Shown: positions 1 to 8,709 of the stretch, piece by piece
How the letters are laid out: each line of letters opens with the position of its first letter
Numbering within the stretch: the first letter of the stretch is position 1
Virus record (IMG/VR): IMGVR_UViG_3300017565_000029
Span: 1-37,914 of that record
Length of the DNA: 37,914 bases
Direction: 5' to 3' (one strand)
Source: a virus
Taxonomy: Duplodnaviria > Caudoviricetes
Translations under genes and position numbers: made by a program
The notes under the pieces: generated by a model
The model's input: only the letters and a program-made list of their open reading frames with translations
Databases searched by the model: none
Told to the model about the DNA's origin: nothing

Positions 1-444
1 CTTCTCGTTCACCGAGAGGACAGCCCTGCGGCCGGCGCCCTTGGTCGAAACAGCAGCAACCTGACCTTGCAGCGACTTGATCAGCTCGCGGTCCTTGGCC
101 TGCGCAGCGCGCATCGACTTGACCAGATCCAGCGTAGCGCCGAGAACCTGCCCAATTGCCTCGCGGTCATTGTCTTGCTGGTCAATCAGAGACTTGACCA
201 ACGCGGTGCCGTCCTCGGCCTCGATGACAGTGCCGTCCTCGAGAGTGAAGCGGAGCGACTTGGTGATGGGCTCGCCATCGCCATCATCGTCGCCATCATC
301 ACCGTCCTGATCCTTCAGATCGGGATCATCTTCGCCCTCGTCGGCGGCGGCTTGGATTTTTTCGTCCGTGCCTTCGTCCGACTGAGACTTTTTCAGTTCT
401 TCAGCTTCGGCGTTCACCGAGGCCAACAGGTCTGCAAAGCTCAT
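1..444 (-). CDS. Putative capsid scaffold protein (runs off the window edge; not in the ORF track)
   Basis: Hand translation MSFADLLASVNAEAEELKKSQSDEG...EPITKSL...ALVKSL...DLVKSM...ELIKSL; AGGAG RBS upstream; very acidic; directly after prohead protease; five K-S motifs in 148 aa. Confidence 0.7.
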   Translation of the reverse strand, partial: MSFADLLASVNAEAEELKKSQSDEGTDEKIQAAADEGEDDPDLKDQDGDDGDDDGDGEPITKSLRFTLEDGTVIEAEDGTALVKSLIDQQDNDREAIGQVLGATLDLVKSMRAAQAKDRELIKSLQGQVAAVSTKGAGRRAVLSVNEK

Positions 445-447
445 GAC

Positions 448-1329
448 TTAACTCCTAAGTCCAGTTTTAAGATCGCGCAGAAAACGCGTTACCCATTCGG
501 TCGCCGCGTCGGACGAAAGGCCGAATACTTCACCGCAATGCTTGATCAGCTCGGCCTTTGACTGGCCGACACCACCGGCCATTACCTGGCTGGAAATCGC
601 ATCGCGGAATTCGTGATAAGAGGCAGGCGCGCCATCCAACGACTGCACGCGCATGGCGGAACCGCCGGAGAGCTGCGCAACGTCGGAGCCGTAACCGGCC
701 TCAAGAGATTTGCTGATAATCAGACCATCGGCGGTCCAGGATTTCGCCAGAGCGCCGAAGGGGACGGTCGAGATACCGCCTACATGCTGATTCACGGGCT
801 GCTGGCTGATCGCCAGGTTCGTCCAGCGGACCTTAGAAACGACAGCGACACGGTCGCCGGTTTTCTTGTCTACGCGAATGGACTTCTCCATGACCGCACC
901 GCCAACGCTGGGATACCAGCGCTTCGGCGGGTTCAGTTTGGTCATGCTGTCCCAAACCATATTGGCGCGAGCCGCGAGCGGCGTATCACCCGTGAACAGC
1001 TTGGCTTTGACGAACGTGACCCCGTCGCGGAACTTGACGTCTACGGGGACGCCTACCTCCCACATTTCGGGCTGATCGATGCCGTAGCGGCGAGCGACTG
1101 AAGGCATCGACTTGTGGTCGATATCCAGATTGCCGAATTTCAAGAAGTGATCGGCGCTGTCGCCCAAAGCCTTAGACAGAACGATTTCGTTCTGCTGGTC
1201 CTTCGCCTCGCGGGAGGCTTCCAGATATACGAACCGGTCCCCTGCTTCTTCGGCCGGTGTGGCCTTCAGCATGGACTCGATACATAGGAAGTCGGGGACT
1301 TGCCCGAGCAGTTGATCGTCGGATCGCAT
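448..1329 (-). CDS. Prohead (capsid maturation) protease
   Basis: ASREAKDQQNE, LDIDH, PSVGG and LAISQQPVN motifs resemble herpes/HK97-fold phage prohead proteases; position in head module; late promoter motif upstream. Confidence 0.75.
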   Translation of the reverse strand: MRSDDQLLGQVPDFLCIESMLKATPAEEAGDRFVYLEASREAKDQQNEIVLSKALGDSADHFLKFGNLDIDHKSMPSVARRYGIDQPEMWEVGVPVDVKFRDGVTFVKAKLFTGDTPLAARANMVWDSMTKLNPPKRWYPSVGGAVMEKSIRVDKKTGDRVAVVSKVRWTNLAISQQPVNQHVGGISTVPFGALAKSWTADGLIISKSLEAGYGSDVAQLSGGSAMRVQSLDGAPASYHEFRDAISSQVMAGGVGQSKAELIKHCGEVFGLSSDAATEWVTRFLRDLKTGLRS

Positions 1330-1335
1330 GCCACG

Positions 1336-1351
1336 ATAGTGCCGTCACGAC
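1336..1351 (-). promoter_or_regulatory. Late promoter motif, leaderless
   Basis: GTCGTGA-CGG-CACTAT, 6 nt, ATG(1329). Confidence 0.7.
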
Positions 1352-1362
1352 CACGCGAGCAT

Positions 1363-1388
1363 AAAAAAAGAGCCGCTCGAAAGCGGCC
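1363..1388 (-). terminator. Intrinsic terminator
   Basis: Minus strand GGCCGCT-TTCG-AGCGGCT hairpin followed by CTTTTTTT. Confidence 0.8.
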
Positions 1389-1416
1389 CAAGGAGACATC
1401 CCAAGGTAGGGGAATT

Positions 1417-1668
1417 CTATTCGCCGAGCGCCTCGCGGGCCTTGGCAATAACTATGCTGACCTGCCCGAGTTCATCGGTCATGGCGAGATACCGGGCGGC
1501 GGCACCGTCCACGTCGAGAATGGCGTCTTTCTTCAGCTCGGCCATCTGCTTCTGCAGATCGTCGTGGCGCTTTTCAGCAGCGGCCAGAATCTTACGCTCG
1601 TCCGCATCGGTACGCGCCTGCAGCGCAGACAGATCGGCGAGCTGGGAACGGATACCATCAGCGTTCAT
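1417..1668 (-). CDS. Hypothetical coiled-coil protein, 83 aa
   Basis: Start reassigned to ATG 1668 (ATGA overlap with upstream stop, AGAGG RBS). Confidence 0.7.
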   Translation of the reverse strand: MNADGIRSQLADLSALQARTDADERKILAAAEKRHDDLQKQMAELKKDAILDVDGAAARYLAMTDELGQVSIVIAKAREALGE

Positions 1669-1895
1669 TTGCGGACCTCTGCCAGACATTGAGAGCGCAG
1701 GCCGGAATCCATGATGGAATAGCACCGCCCCGGATCGCCATGCGCGCGAGCCAGGCAATAGGTGCGAGCGTCACCGTCGGCGATCACGTAGCAGGAGCCG
1801 GCATCAGCAGCCAGCGCCGGGCGCAGCCAGCCAATCAAGGCGGCAGCTACCAGGCAAAGCAATGCAACGAGAAGCATCCGTTTAAACGTGTCCAT
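1665..1895 (-). CDS. Small secreted protein with two CYxIxD..R..CLA repeats
   Basis: KR + hydrophobic stretch + ALA-A signal peptide; four Cys in two repeats; alternative TTG start at 1913. Confidence 0.7.
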   Translation of the reverse strand: MDTFKRMLLVALLCLVAAALIGWLRPALAADAGSCYVIADGDARTYCLARAHGDPGRCYSIMDSGLRSQCLAEVRK

Positions 1896-1909
1896 GTCGT
1901 TGATGATAC

Positions 1910-4900
1910 TCAATTTTCCGAAACCTGTCCGCTTTCAGCCGCCTGACGCTGGCGCAAATACCATGCAAATCCGGTGTCATCGAGCCCCTCCAACGGCGAG
2001 GTCATCAGGTCGCGGATACCGTACTTTTTCTCCAGGCGATCGCGGGCCCGGAATTCCTCCCGGTGGTTCGCCACCATGTCGATCAGCTCAACGTCATTCT
2101 TCTGGCCGAGGCGGTCGATACGGGCATTGCGCTGGCCGTGGGTCTTGGCCGTATCCGGGATATCGTGCTGGATCAGGTAGCGCCCGGATTGCAGGTTCAT
2201 GCCGACGGCGCCAGCGTCCGAGGCCAGCAGGATATCGGCCTGAGCCTCGCCCTTTTCAGGGTTGAACATCTTCTTTTTGCGATCCTTCTCCGCGGCGCTA
2301 TCCGAGCCGGTAATCGTCACCACCCGTTTGCCGGCCGCTTCCAGCTTGGCTTTCAGCCCGGCGATATCGGCGCGCGCATGGGCGAACACCACGCCCTGGC
2401 GATCGGGACGAGCCGCGACCTCCTTCACGGTGGCGTCGTATTTCGCATTGTCAGGATGCGAATTAATCACCCGGCGCACGGCGGAGTTTTTCAGAATGCC
2501 GAGCGACTTCTGCAGCTTTTCCGCTACAGCCTTGTGCTGGTCAGCCGGAATGTCCTCAAACGAGCCCGGCGAAATCGCCTTCATGGCATCCACCGCAGCC
2601 TCGCCGCGCAACTTCGCCAAGCGTGCCGTCGAGAAGTGCCCATCCAGCTCCCGCAGGGCTTTTTTTTGCCCAGCGGACAGATCGACTTGCACCGTTTTGC
2701 GATCAGCGTTGACGCCCGAGCTGATCTTGTTCGGGAATACGTAGCGGGACATTTCCCGGCGCAGCGCGTCTTTCGACGACATGGTGTCCGCGCCGTACTT
2801 CCGCATGAACTCGCCCCGGTCGCCATACCGGCTGCGGTCGAGTTTTTGCAGGACGGAATGGATCTCCGACGCGTCGTTTTTGACCGGGTCGCCCGAGAAA
2901 TATCCGTAGTACGGCGTGTGGTCGCCCAGCGCCTCGGTCACGTTCGACAGGCTGGAATCTTCCTTGCCTGCCCGGTTGACCGTTTCATGAGCCTCGTCGA
3001 CGGCCGACATGTCGAACTGAATGCCTTCCTTCTCCATGACGCCCTGGATCCAGGCCTTGCGGTCCTCCGGCTTCATTCCGGCGAGCTGCTTGGTCATTGC
3101 GGCTTCGTCGGTGCCGGCGTGCTTGGCGCCCAGGTGGATCATGTCGTCGCGGAACGACTGGTGCGTCATGACGCAAAAGTGGTTAGACGGATCCTTGTAG
3201 GCCGCGATCCGTTCCTCGCGGCTGGCGCCAGGCTGGATGTGCCATTTGTACTTGTTCGGCTCCAGGTAGCGCAGCGCCTCACCGCCGAACTGGCCCTGCA
3301 CGATCGAGGGCACCAGCATGATCGCGCGCTTGACCTGGCCCTTGGAGTGCAGATGGGAGAACCCGCCCAACATAATGGCCGTCTTGCCAGAACCCGCGCC
3401 GAGCGCACCGCCCAGGCGCTTATTCGCCTCCCACATTTTGATGGCGCGCTGCTGCGGGGCGTACTTCCCCGACATAGACGGGTTCCACAGCTTGACCGGG
3501 TCGCCGGGCTTGAAGTTCTGCCCGACCATACCAGCCATCTGCGCGAGCTGGCGCTCGGCCGCGTGCCCAAGGGTGTGGCGCTCGTCGGCAGCCAGCCCCT
3601 TGTCCTTAGCCGCGGCGGGAGCGTCCTCGGACGAGAAGAACCCGAGCTGCGACTGTTCGAAGGCGGCCTGCTGCTCGCGGGCAGCGTCCAGCTTGCCGGT
3701 AATCGAACCGCCGGCATACTTGCCGCCGACACGCTCGCGCAGGGAGTCGCGCAACGCGGCCTCCTTCGCCTGCCGAGCCGCACGGGCGTCCGGGTCGACC
3801 GTGTCGAGGTGGGTCAGGTTGTTGCGGATTGAGGCCCGGCCAACCTTCAGCGGCGTGTCCGGGCTCAGGGTGTTGTAGTGCTCCGCGAACTTTTCCGCCA
3901 CGCTCGAGCGGATCAGGTCTTGCATCGCCTCGTAGGCGCGCGCCGTTCCCCGGTGGGCCTTGACGTATTTGTCCCAGGTGAGCGAGGCGGCGTTGTGCTT
4001 GGCCGCGGCTTCGTCCCGCTCCGTTTTCCATTGCGACCAGGCCGGGTTTTCCGACACGTCGCCGAACATGTCCGTGGCGGTGCGCTCCGGCTCGTTCGCG
4101 TCCAATTCTTCGACGCGCGCGCGTAGCGTGGATTCCTCGGGCGACTCGTGCGCTACGTTCTTGGCGAAGTGCTCGCGCAAAACCCGCTGATCCTGCGGCG
4201 TCAGCTCCCCGATCGGTTTGTACGCCGAGACACCCTCGGGATGGTCAGACAGCGCCCGGTGCATGGCCTCGGCCGACATCTTGTCCATGGCGAAGGTTTG
4301 CCGGTTCAAGGTCGACCGCTTGCCGCCGTAGGCCTTCTCGACGAAGGCATCGGCATACTTGTCGAACATCGGCGCCAGGGCGTCGGCGGTCTGCATTTTG
4401 CCGTTGGCGCCCTTGAGCGGCGCGACGGCGTCCAGGGCGGCGCGGTAGGCCTCGCTGTCGCCCGCCTTCTGGAACATTTCGGCAGACTGGACGTCGGCCA
4501 GGATATCGGCCGGCAGATCGCCATCGGCCATCCGGCCACCGATGTAATCCCGGAGGGACTCGTGCAGATCGCCGCCCGACGGATCGAACGGCAGCGCAAC
4601 CCGCTGCGCCACGCCAGGCGAGACGGCAGGCGCGGCCAGATCGGGACGGGAAGCGAAGCCGAGCGGCAACCAGCCATCCTCGTCCATGTCGCCGCGGATA
4701 ATGGCCTGGCTACGTTTGAGCTGGGCCAAGTCCTCACGGTCGACAGGATTTGCCAAGCGATCCATGCCATCGCCCGATACCGTCATGACCAGCTCGCCGC
4801 CGGCACGTTCCAGCGTGTAGTCGCCCTTTTGCAACCCGAGCGCGGCGGCCTGCTTGGTAGCAGCGTCCTCGCGCATCTTGCCCATGGGGATCTCTAGCTT

Positions 4901-6457
4901 GTCCTGGTTCGGCGCCTGCAGGGCAGCGACCAGGGCAGCATTCGCCTCGGTTTCGCCCAGCACCGTGCCCAGCACCCGCTTTGCTTCACCGACGGCGTTA
5001 CGGCGCTGCTCGTTCAGATCCTGCGCGAGCTGCATGTCCTCGCCGGTGGCGATCGTATCCGGCATTTCGATGCCTTCGGCGATCTTCTGCCAGCCCTTCG
5101 CCTGTTTCACCGATTCCTCGGTGGCCTTGGCGTAGGTATCCGCATGGAAGTCACCCAGCGCATCGGACACCTGCTGGAACTCGGCAGGCGACAACGACGA
5201 GCGCAGCCGGCGGGCCAGCACCTGGGCAGCACCTGCCACGCCGAGCACGTCGACCACGGAGCGGTCAATCATCCCTTGACCAGCGACGGTCAGGGCCAGG
5301 GAATTCATGGAATTGTAAGCGCCGACGCCGATATGCTTACCGAGGACACCGCGATCGTGCTGGTCGATTTCAGACAGGAACGAGCGAGCCGCGGCAGTGC
5401 GCAGGTCGTTCTCGATATCGGCCCGCACCGATTCCTCCAGGGCGGTATCGTCATCCGTCACGTCCAGGCGGTAGGCCTTGGGCAACGTATCGGCGTCGTC
5501 GATTTCCTTTCCAGCGGCAGCGGCTTGCTGGGACAGGAGCTGCAATTTTTTCCGAGCTTTCAGGATTTCGAGCGACGCCTTCATATCGGCCTGGCGATCG
5601 GCCCCTTTCGGGTCGAACAGCGGCGTGTCGCGGACGGCGTCCAGCTCTTGGGCGAGCTGCTCCTTGGCTTGGCCGCGCGCGAGCACCGCCTGCCGTTCCT
5701 CGGGCATCATGGCCGCCAGTTTCGCATCACGGGCCTGCGCCACTGCCGCAGCGGCATCCGCGGGGCCGACACCAGCCTCGGCGGCGCGCTTGCCGTAGTC
5801 AGCCGCAAAGCCCAGCCCGGAGCCCGCCGGCTTCACCGGGTCGATATCGGCCACCGACAAAACATCGGGGTCATCCGATTGCAGCGGGATTTCGCCCACC
5901 GACGACTCGCGGGCATCGTGATCAATACGGGCTTGGTCGCCAGCCTCACGAGCAGCCGCATGGGCAGCTTTCAGGGTTTCACGATGGTGCCGGGCCTCCA
6001 ACGACTTGACCGCCTGAGGCGATAGGTCGGCAAATTTGCTCGGGTCGAATTCCAGATCAGACGGTTTCCAACCCTTGGCCTTCGCCACGGCCGCGATGAA
6101 TTCCTGCTCGGCGGCCTTCTTCTGTTCCTTCAGATCCTTGCGGGCCGATTTCTTGGCCTCGTAGAGCCCGGATTCCTTGTCCTGGGCTACGCGGTCGGCC
6201 TTTGCCTTTTTACGGGCTTCCTGGCGGCGCTGTGCGGCCTGTGTGGCGCTTTCGCCAGCCTTGGAGGGGGTGATTCGCAGTCCGGTCAGTTTCCCGCCAG
6301 CGCCGCCGATGATGTGGGCGGAACCGTCGGGGTTCTCACGGATAAGGACAGGGCTACCTTTTTCATGGCCTGGAGGACGTACGGTAATCCAGCGTTCTCC
6401 CGGCCCGAGCTGGGCGGCAGCTTTGATCAGATCGGCAATGGCAGGATGGCGGCGCAT
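1910..6457 (-). CDS. 1515-aa SNF2/SF2 helicase-like protein with ~990-aa N-terminal extension, probably virion-packaged
   Basis: GAGSGKT (Walker A), DEAH, SGDP, AGAVGMNLQ, QRNARIDRLGQ; late promoter motif upstream. Confidence 0.85.
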   Translation of the reverse strand: MRRHPAIADLIKAAAQLGPGERWITVRPPGHEKGSPVLIRENPDGSAHIIGGAGGKLTGLRITPSKAGESATQAAQRRQEARKKAKADRVAQDKESGLYEAKKSARKDLKEQKKAAEQEFIAAVAKAKGWKPSDLEFDPSKFADLSPQAVKSLEARHHRETLKAAHAAAREAGDQARIDHDARESSVGEIPLQSDDPDVLSVADIDPVKPAGSGLGFAADYGKRAAEAGVGPADAAAAVAQARDAKLAAMMPEERQAVLARGQAKEQLAQELDAVRDTPLFDPKGADRQADMKASLEILKARKKLQLLSQQAAAAGKEIDDADTLPKAYRLDVTDDDTALEESVRADIENDLRTAAARSFLSEIDQHDRGVLGKHIGVGAYNSMNSLALTVAGQGMIDRSVVDVLGVAGAAQVLARRLRSSLSPAEFQQVSDALGDFHADTYAKATEESVKQAKGWQKIAEGIEMPDTIATGEDMQLAQDLNEQRRNAVGEAKRVLGTVLGETEANAALVAALQAPNQDKLEIPMGKMREDAATKQAAALGLQKGDYTLERAGGELVMTVSGDGMDRLANPVDREDLAQLKRSQAIIRGDMDEDGWLPLGFASRPDLAAPAVSPGVAQRVALPFDPSGGDLHESLRDYIGGRMADGDLPADILADVQSAEMFQKAGDSEAYRAALDAVAPLKGANGKMQTADALAPMFDKYADAFVEKAYGGKRSTLNRQTFAMDKMSAEAMHRALSDHPEGVSAYKPIGELTPQDQRVLREHFAKNVAHESPEESTLRARVEELDANEPERTATDMFGDVSENPAWSQWKTERDEAAAKHNAASLTWDKYVKAHRGTARAYEAMQDLIRSSVAEKFAEHYNTLSPDTPLKVGRASIRNNLTHLDTVDPDARAARQAKEAALRDSLRERVGGKYAGGSITGKLDAAREQQAAFEQSQLGFFSSEDAPAAAKDKGLAADERHTLGHAAERQLAQMAGMVGQNFKPGDPVKLWNPSMSGKYAPQQRAIKMWEANKRLGGALGAGSGKTAIMLGGFSHLHSKGQVKRAIMLVPSIVQGQFGGEALRYLEPNKYKWHIQPGASREERIAAYKDPSNHFCVMTHQSFRDDMIHLGAKHAGTDEAAMTKQLAGMKPEDRKAWIQGVMEKEGIQFDMSAVDEAHETVNRAGKEDSSLSNVTEALGDHTPYYGYFSGDPVKNDASEIHSVLQKLDRSRYGDRGEFMRKYGADTMSSKDALRREMSRYVFPNKISSGVNADRKTVQVDLSAGQKKALRELDGHFSTARLAKLRGEAAVDAMKAISPGSFEDIPADQHKAVAEKLQKSLGILKNSAVRRVINSHPDNAKYDATVKEVAARPDRQGVVFAHARADIAGLKAKLEAAGKRVVTITGSDSAAEKDRKKKMFNPEKGEAQADILLASDAGAVGMNLQSGRYLIQHDIPDTAKTHGQRNARIDRLGQKNDVELIDMVANHREEFRARDRLEKKYGIRDLMTSPLEGLDDTGFAWYLRQRQAAESGQVSEN

Positions 6458-6463
6458 CCTCCC

Positions 6464-6479
6464 ATGGTGCGGTCACGAC
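6464..6479 (-). promoter_or_regulatory. Late promoter motif, leaderless
   Basis: GTCGTGA-CCG-CACCAT, 6 nt, ATG(6457). Confidence 0.7.
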
Positions 6480-6514
6480 GCCGCAACATAGGAACGACCC
6501 GGTAAAGAGGCAGC

Positions 6515-6785
6515 ATAACCACGTAACTCCGGGGCTGGATCGCGGTTACGGCATCGGTTACGCAATTTTGTGCCGAAAAATCAACGTCTTATATATATAT
6601 ATAACCATGTAACCATGATTATTATTATATATATACATACATGCAGGTGCGCGCCCGCGCCCACATACGCGCGCACATGCATGCGATATGGCTATCTTTT
6701 TTTTGAAAATCAGGTTACGCGGTTACGATCAACAAAATTGATATATCTATCAATAAGTTAGGCCGTAACTGGCAACCTAACCATA
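6515..6785. other. Origin-like element: AT-rich core, GGTTAC/GTAAC repeats, two IHF consensus sites
   Basis: (AT)n tracts 6590-6640; GGTTAC at 6544, 6556, 6713, 6721; GTAAC at 6523, 6609, 6765; WATCAANNNNTTR at 6579-6591 and 6748-6760. Confidence 0.55.
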
Positions 6786-6892
6786 GCGGTTTTTTCGGTC
6801 AGGACATAACTTTGTGGCAAGGCGGGATTCGCGCCGACATCCCAAACCCAACCGGAGAGCCCCTAGGGCCCCCATTAGAACGGGGGAAGTGC

Positions 6893-7279
6893 ATGCATAG
6901 ACTATTACGCGCAGCGACCTACGCAGCCACACACGCTGGCGAAGATATCCACGTTGCCGACATGGCACGAGAAGCCGGGCTAAGCTCCCGGCATTTCATC
7001 CGCAGGTTCAAACGGGTGATGGGAATCACGCCAGCACGATACCTAACCGTGGCGAGGCTCGAGAAGGCGCAGATGCTACTGTCGACCACGCTCTTGCCGA
7101 TCGTCCACATAGCGGCCGAGTGCGGGTTTTCCAGCCAAAGCAGCCTGACGACCTCGTTCAAGGAAGAATTCAACATGACACCGGCTCGCTACCGGCGTGA
7201 GAATTCTACAGATCCCGAGGAAATAAGGTTTTGCGACATATGCCCGTTCAGAGGGCTGTTTCAGCCGGTGTTCAATTAG
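6893..7279 (+). CDS. Single-domain AraC/XylS family regulator (SoxS/MarA-like size)
   Basis: MAREAGLSSRHFIRRFK and IAAECGFSSQSSLTTSFKEEFNMTPARYR double-HTH signature; start moved to ATG 6893 after GGGGGAAG. Confidence 0.9.
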   Translation: MHRLLRAATYAATHAGEDIHVADMAREAGLSSRHFIRRFKRVMGITPARYLTVARLEKAQMLLSTTLLPIVHIAAECGFSSQSSLTTSFKEEFNMTPARYRRENSTDPEEIRFCDICPFRGLFQPVFN

Positions 7280-8423
7280 GCTTCTTTGAGAACAGCTCTT
7301 GCAGCCAGGCGGCGAACTCAGGATCGTCGCCGGCAGCGGCTTCCAACACCTGGACCCAGCGCCCGCGGCAATTAGGGTGCATCAGGCCAGCAGGAACCCA
7401 CCAAAGCTCTTCGGGGGAACGAGGCACGAGCTGATCGCCTACGCGCTTACGTGGGGCCGACGAGCGCCCGTAATTGTCCTTGCCGACCCAAATCTCTGTA
7501 TCGGGGTCTTTGTTCGGCTTGTCGGGCGGCACCACGGTCATGACACGGCCATCTATACGACGGCAGTGAATGCAGGCGCTTGCATACTGCTCAACCCGCT
7601 TGACCTTCGTGCCCGGCTTCAGGCCAGCAATGAGCCCGACCAAGGCGTTGTTGCCGGCCTCGGTAACGGCGATGCGACGCCAGTCCCGGTTAAGCGTGGC
7701 GAAGGCGTCTGCCAGCTCGGTCTGTAGAGCCCGGCCAGGGATGCCCTTGACCTTCAGCATCTGGCGTTCGGCATGACGACGGATGATCCCACGCATCTGG
7801 CGCCGAGCATCATCGGAAAAGTTGGTGACGTACTCGGCAGCCTTGGTGGCCGCGATATCGAGCACCGATCGCTCGATGCGCGAGAGGGCGAACTGTTCGA
7901 CCGCCGAGGCAACCGTGTTCGGCAGCGCCGCCAGGATGACGTCGGCCTGAGAGAACGAAGGCGGCTTGTCCAGATTGGCCTGCACCTTGCCCATGAGCGT
8001 CGAGCGGGTCGCCATCCATTCGGATTCGGCTACCAGGGCGTCCGAGGGCAAGTACCGCTGGAACACGTAGTCGACCATCATCATGTGATCCTGCAGCGTC
8101 CACTCGGACGGCGGCAGCGCCCGCAGGTAAATGCGCACCAGGTCAGCCTCGGCCGGCGTCCATCGCTGCATCATGCCGGGCGGCGGCGGGGGGACTTCCC
8201 CGGCCTTGTGATATTTCCCCGTCGACCACTTCAGGAGTTCGGCCTGCACCACGTCCAGGTACGCCAGGCCGCGCTGATGGAACAGCTCGATCAGGCGACG
8301 CACGAACGGCGACTCATGGGGAGTATCCCCGTCATCGTGATCGTGGACGGACTTATAGATGTATTCCAAGCCGGCGTTGGTAGCGCGCTCGGAAAGATTG
8401 ATGAGGTCGAGGAACAGGCCCAT
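7272..8423 (-). CDS. Head morphogenesis protein, MuF/SPP1 gp7-like
   Basis: RDWRRIAVTE, ACIHC, HPNCRG motifs; downstream of portal. Confidence 0.75.
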   Translation of the reverse strand: MGLFLDLINLSERATNAGLEYIYKSVHDHDDGDTPHESPFVRRLIELFHQRGLAYLDVVQAELLKWSTGKYHKAGEVPPPPPGMMQRWTPAEADLVRIYLRALPPSEWTLQDHMMMVDYVFQRYLPSDALVAESEWMATRSTLMGKVQANLDKPPSFSQADVILAALPNTVASAVEQFALSRIERSVLDIAATKAAEYVTNFSDDARRQMRGIIRRHAERQMLKVKGIPGRALQTELADAFATLNRDWRRIAVTEAGNNALVGLIAGLKPGTKVKRVEQYASACIHCRRIDGRVMTVVPPDKPNKDPDTEIWVGKDNYGRSSAPRKRVGDQLVPRSPEELWWVPAGLMHPNCRGRWVQVLEAAAGDDPEFAAWLQELFSKKPN

Positions 8424-8429
8424 GGATGC

Positions 8430-8445
8430 AGGATCGCATCACGAC
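8430..8445 (-). promoter_or_regulatory. Late promoter motif, leaderless
   Basis: GTCGTGA-TGC-GATCCT, 6 nt, ATG(8423). Confidence 0.7.
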
Positions 8446-8582
8446 GCCCCGCCGAGGATCACCACGGCGGGGCACCGGCCGGCCCCTATAGGGAGGAACG
8501 CGCCCGAAGGCTACCACATGACCGGCTGCGGCCCTTTTGCCCGAGTAAACCGCTTGCGGGGGCACACACACCAAGGAGGACA
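8446..8582 (-). ncRNA. Candidate late small RNA (~135 nt)
   Basis: Own copy of late promoter motif, no ATG at the leaderless position, several hairpins including GCC-UUCG-GGC and a closing 9-bp GC stem. Confidence 0.45.
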
Positions 8583-8588
8583 GCCTGC

Positions 8589-8604
8589 ATTCTGTGATCA
8601 CGAC
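8589..8604 (-). promoter_or_regulatory. Late promoter motif
   Basis: GTCGTGA-TCA-CAGAAT just downstream of the terminator at 8611-8640. Confidence 0.6.
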
Positions 8605-8610
8605 GCAACG

Positions 8611-8640
8611 AAAAACCCGCCGGGGTTAGCGGCGGGTTTC
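8611..8640 (-). terminator. Intrinsic terminator after portal/tRNA unit
   Basis: AAACCCGCCG-7 nt-CGGCGGGTTTTT. Confidence 0.8.
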
Positions 8641-8709
8641 TCGGCAGGTTTTGAGAGTCTCGGCAGGACTCATCACGGGGAGGTGTTCGCGGACACCAGG
8701 GAGGGAATT

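Noticed and set aside
2660-2667. A8 run in the SNF2 gene as a frameshift site
   Set aside because: Reads CAA AAA AAA in frame, not canonical A AAA AAG; essential helicase motifs continue in the same frame
2063-6025. Long plus-strand ORFs (589, 249, 342, 293 aa) and similar ones at 10945-12267, 16804-18198, 36026-37396
   Set aside because: Antisense shadows of well-supported minus-strand genes in GC-rich DNA; no motifs or RBS
6458-6463. GGGAGG before the SNF2 ATG as a Shine-Dalgarno
   Set aside because: Zero spacing to ATG; occupies the 6-nt spacer seen in the other late promoters
8640-8680. GTGATGAGTCC...GAAAC downstream of the tRNA as a hammerhead ribozyme
   Set aside because: Core reads GUGAUGA not CUGAUGA and the three stems cannot be formed
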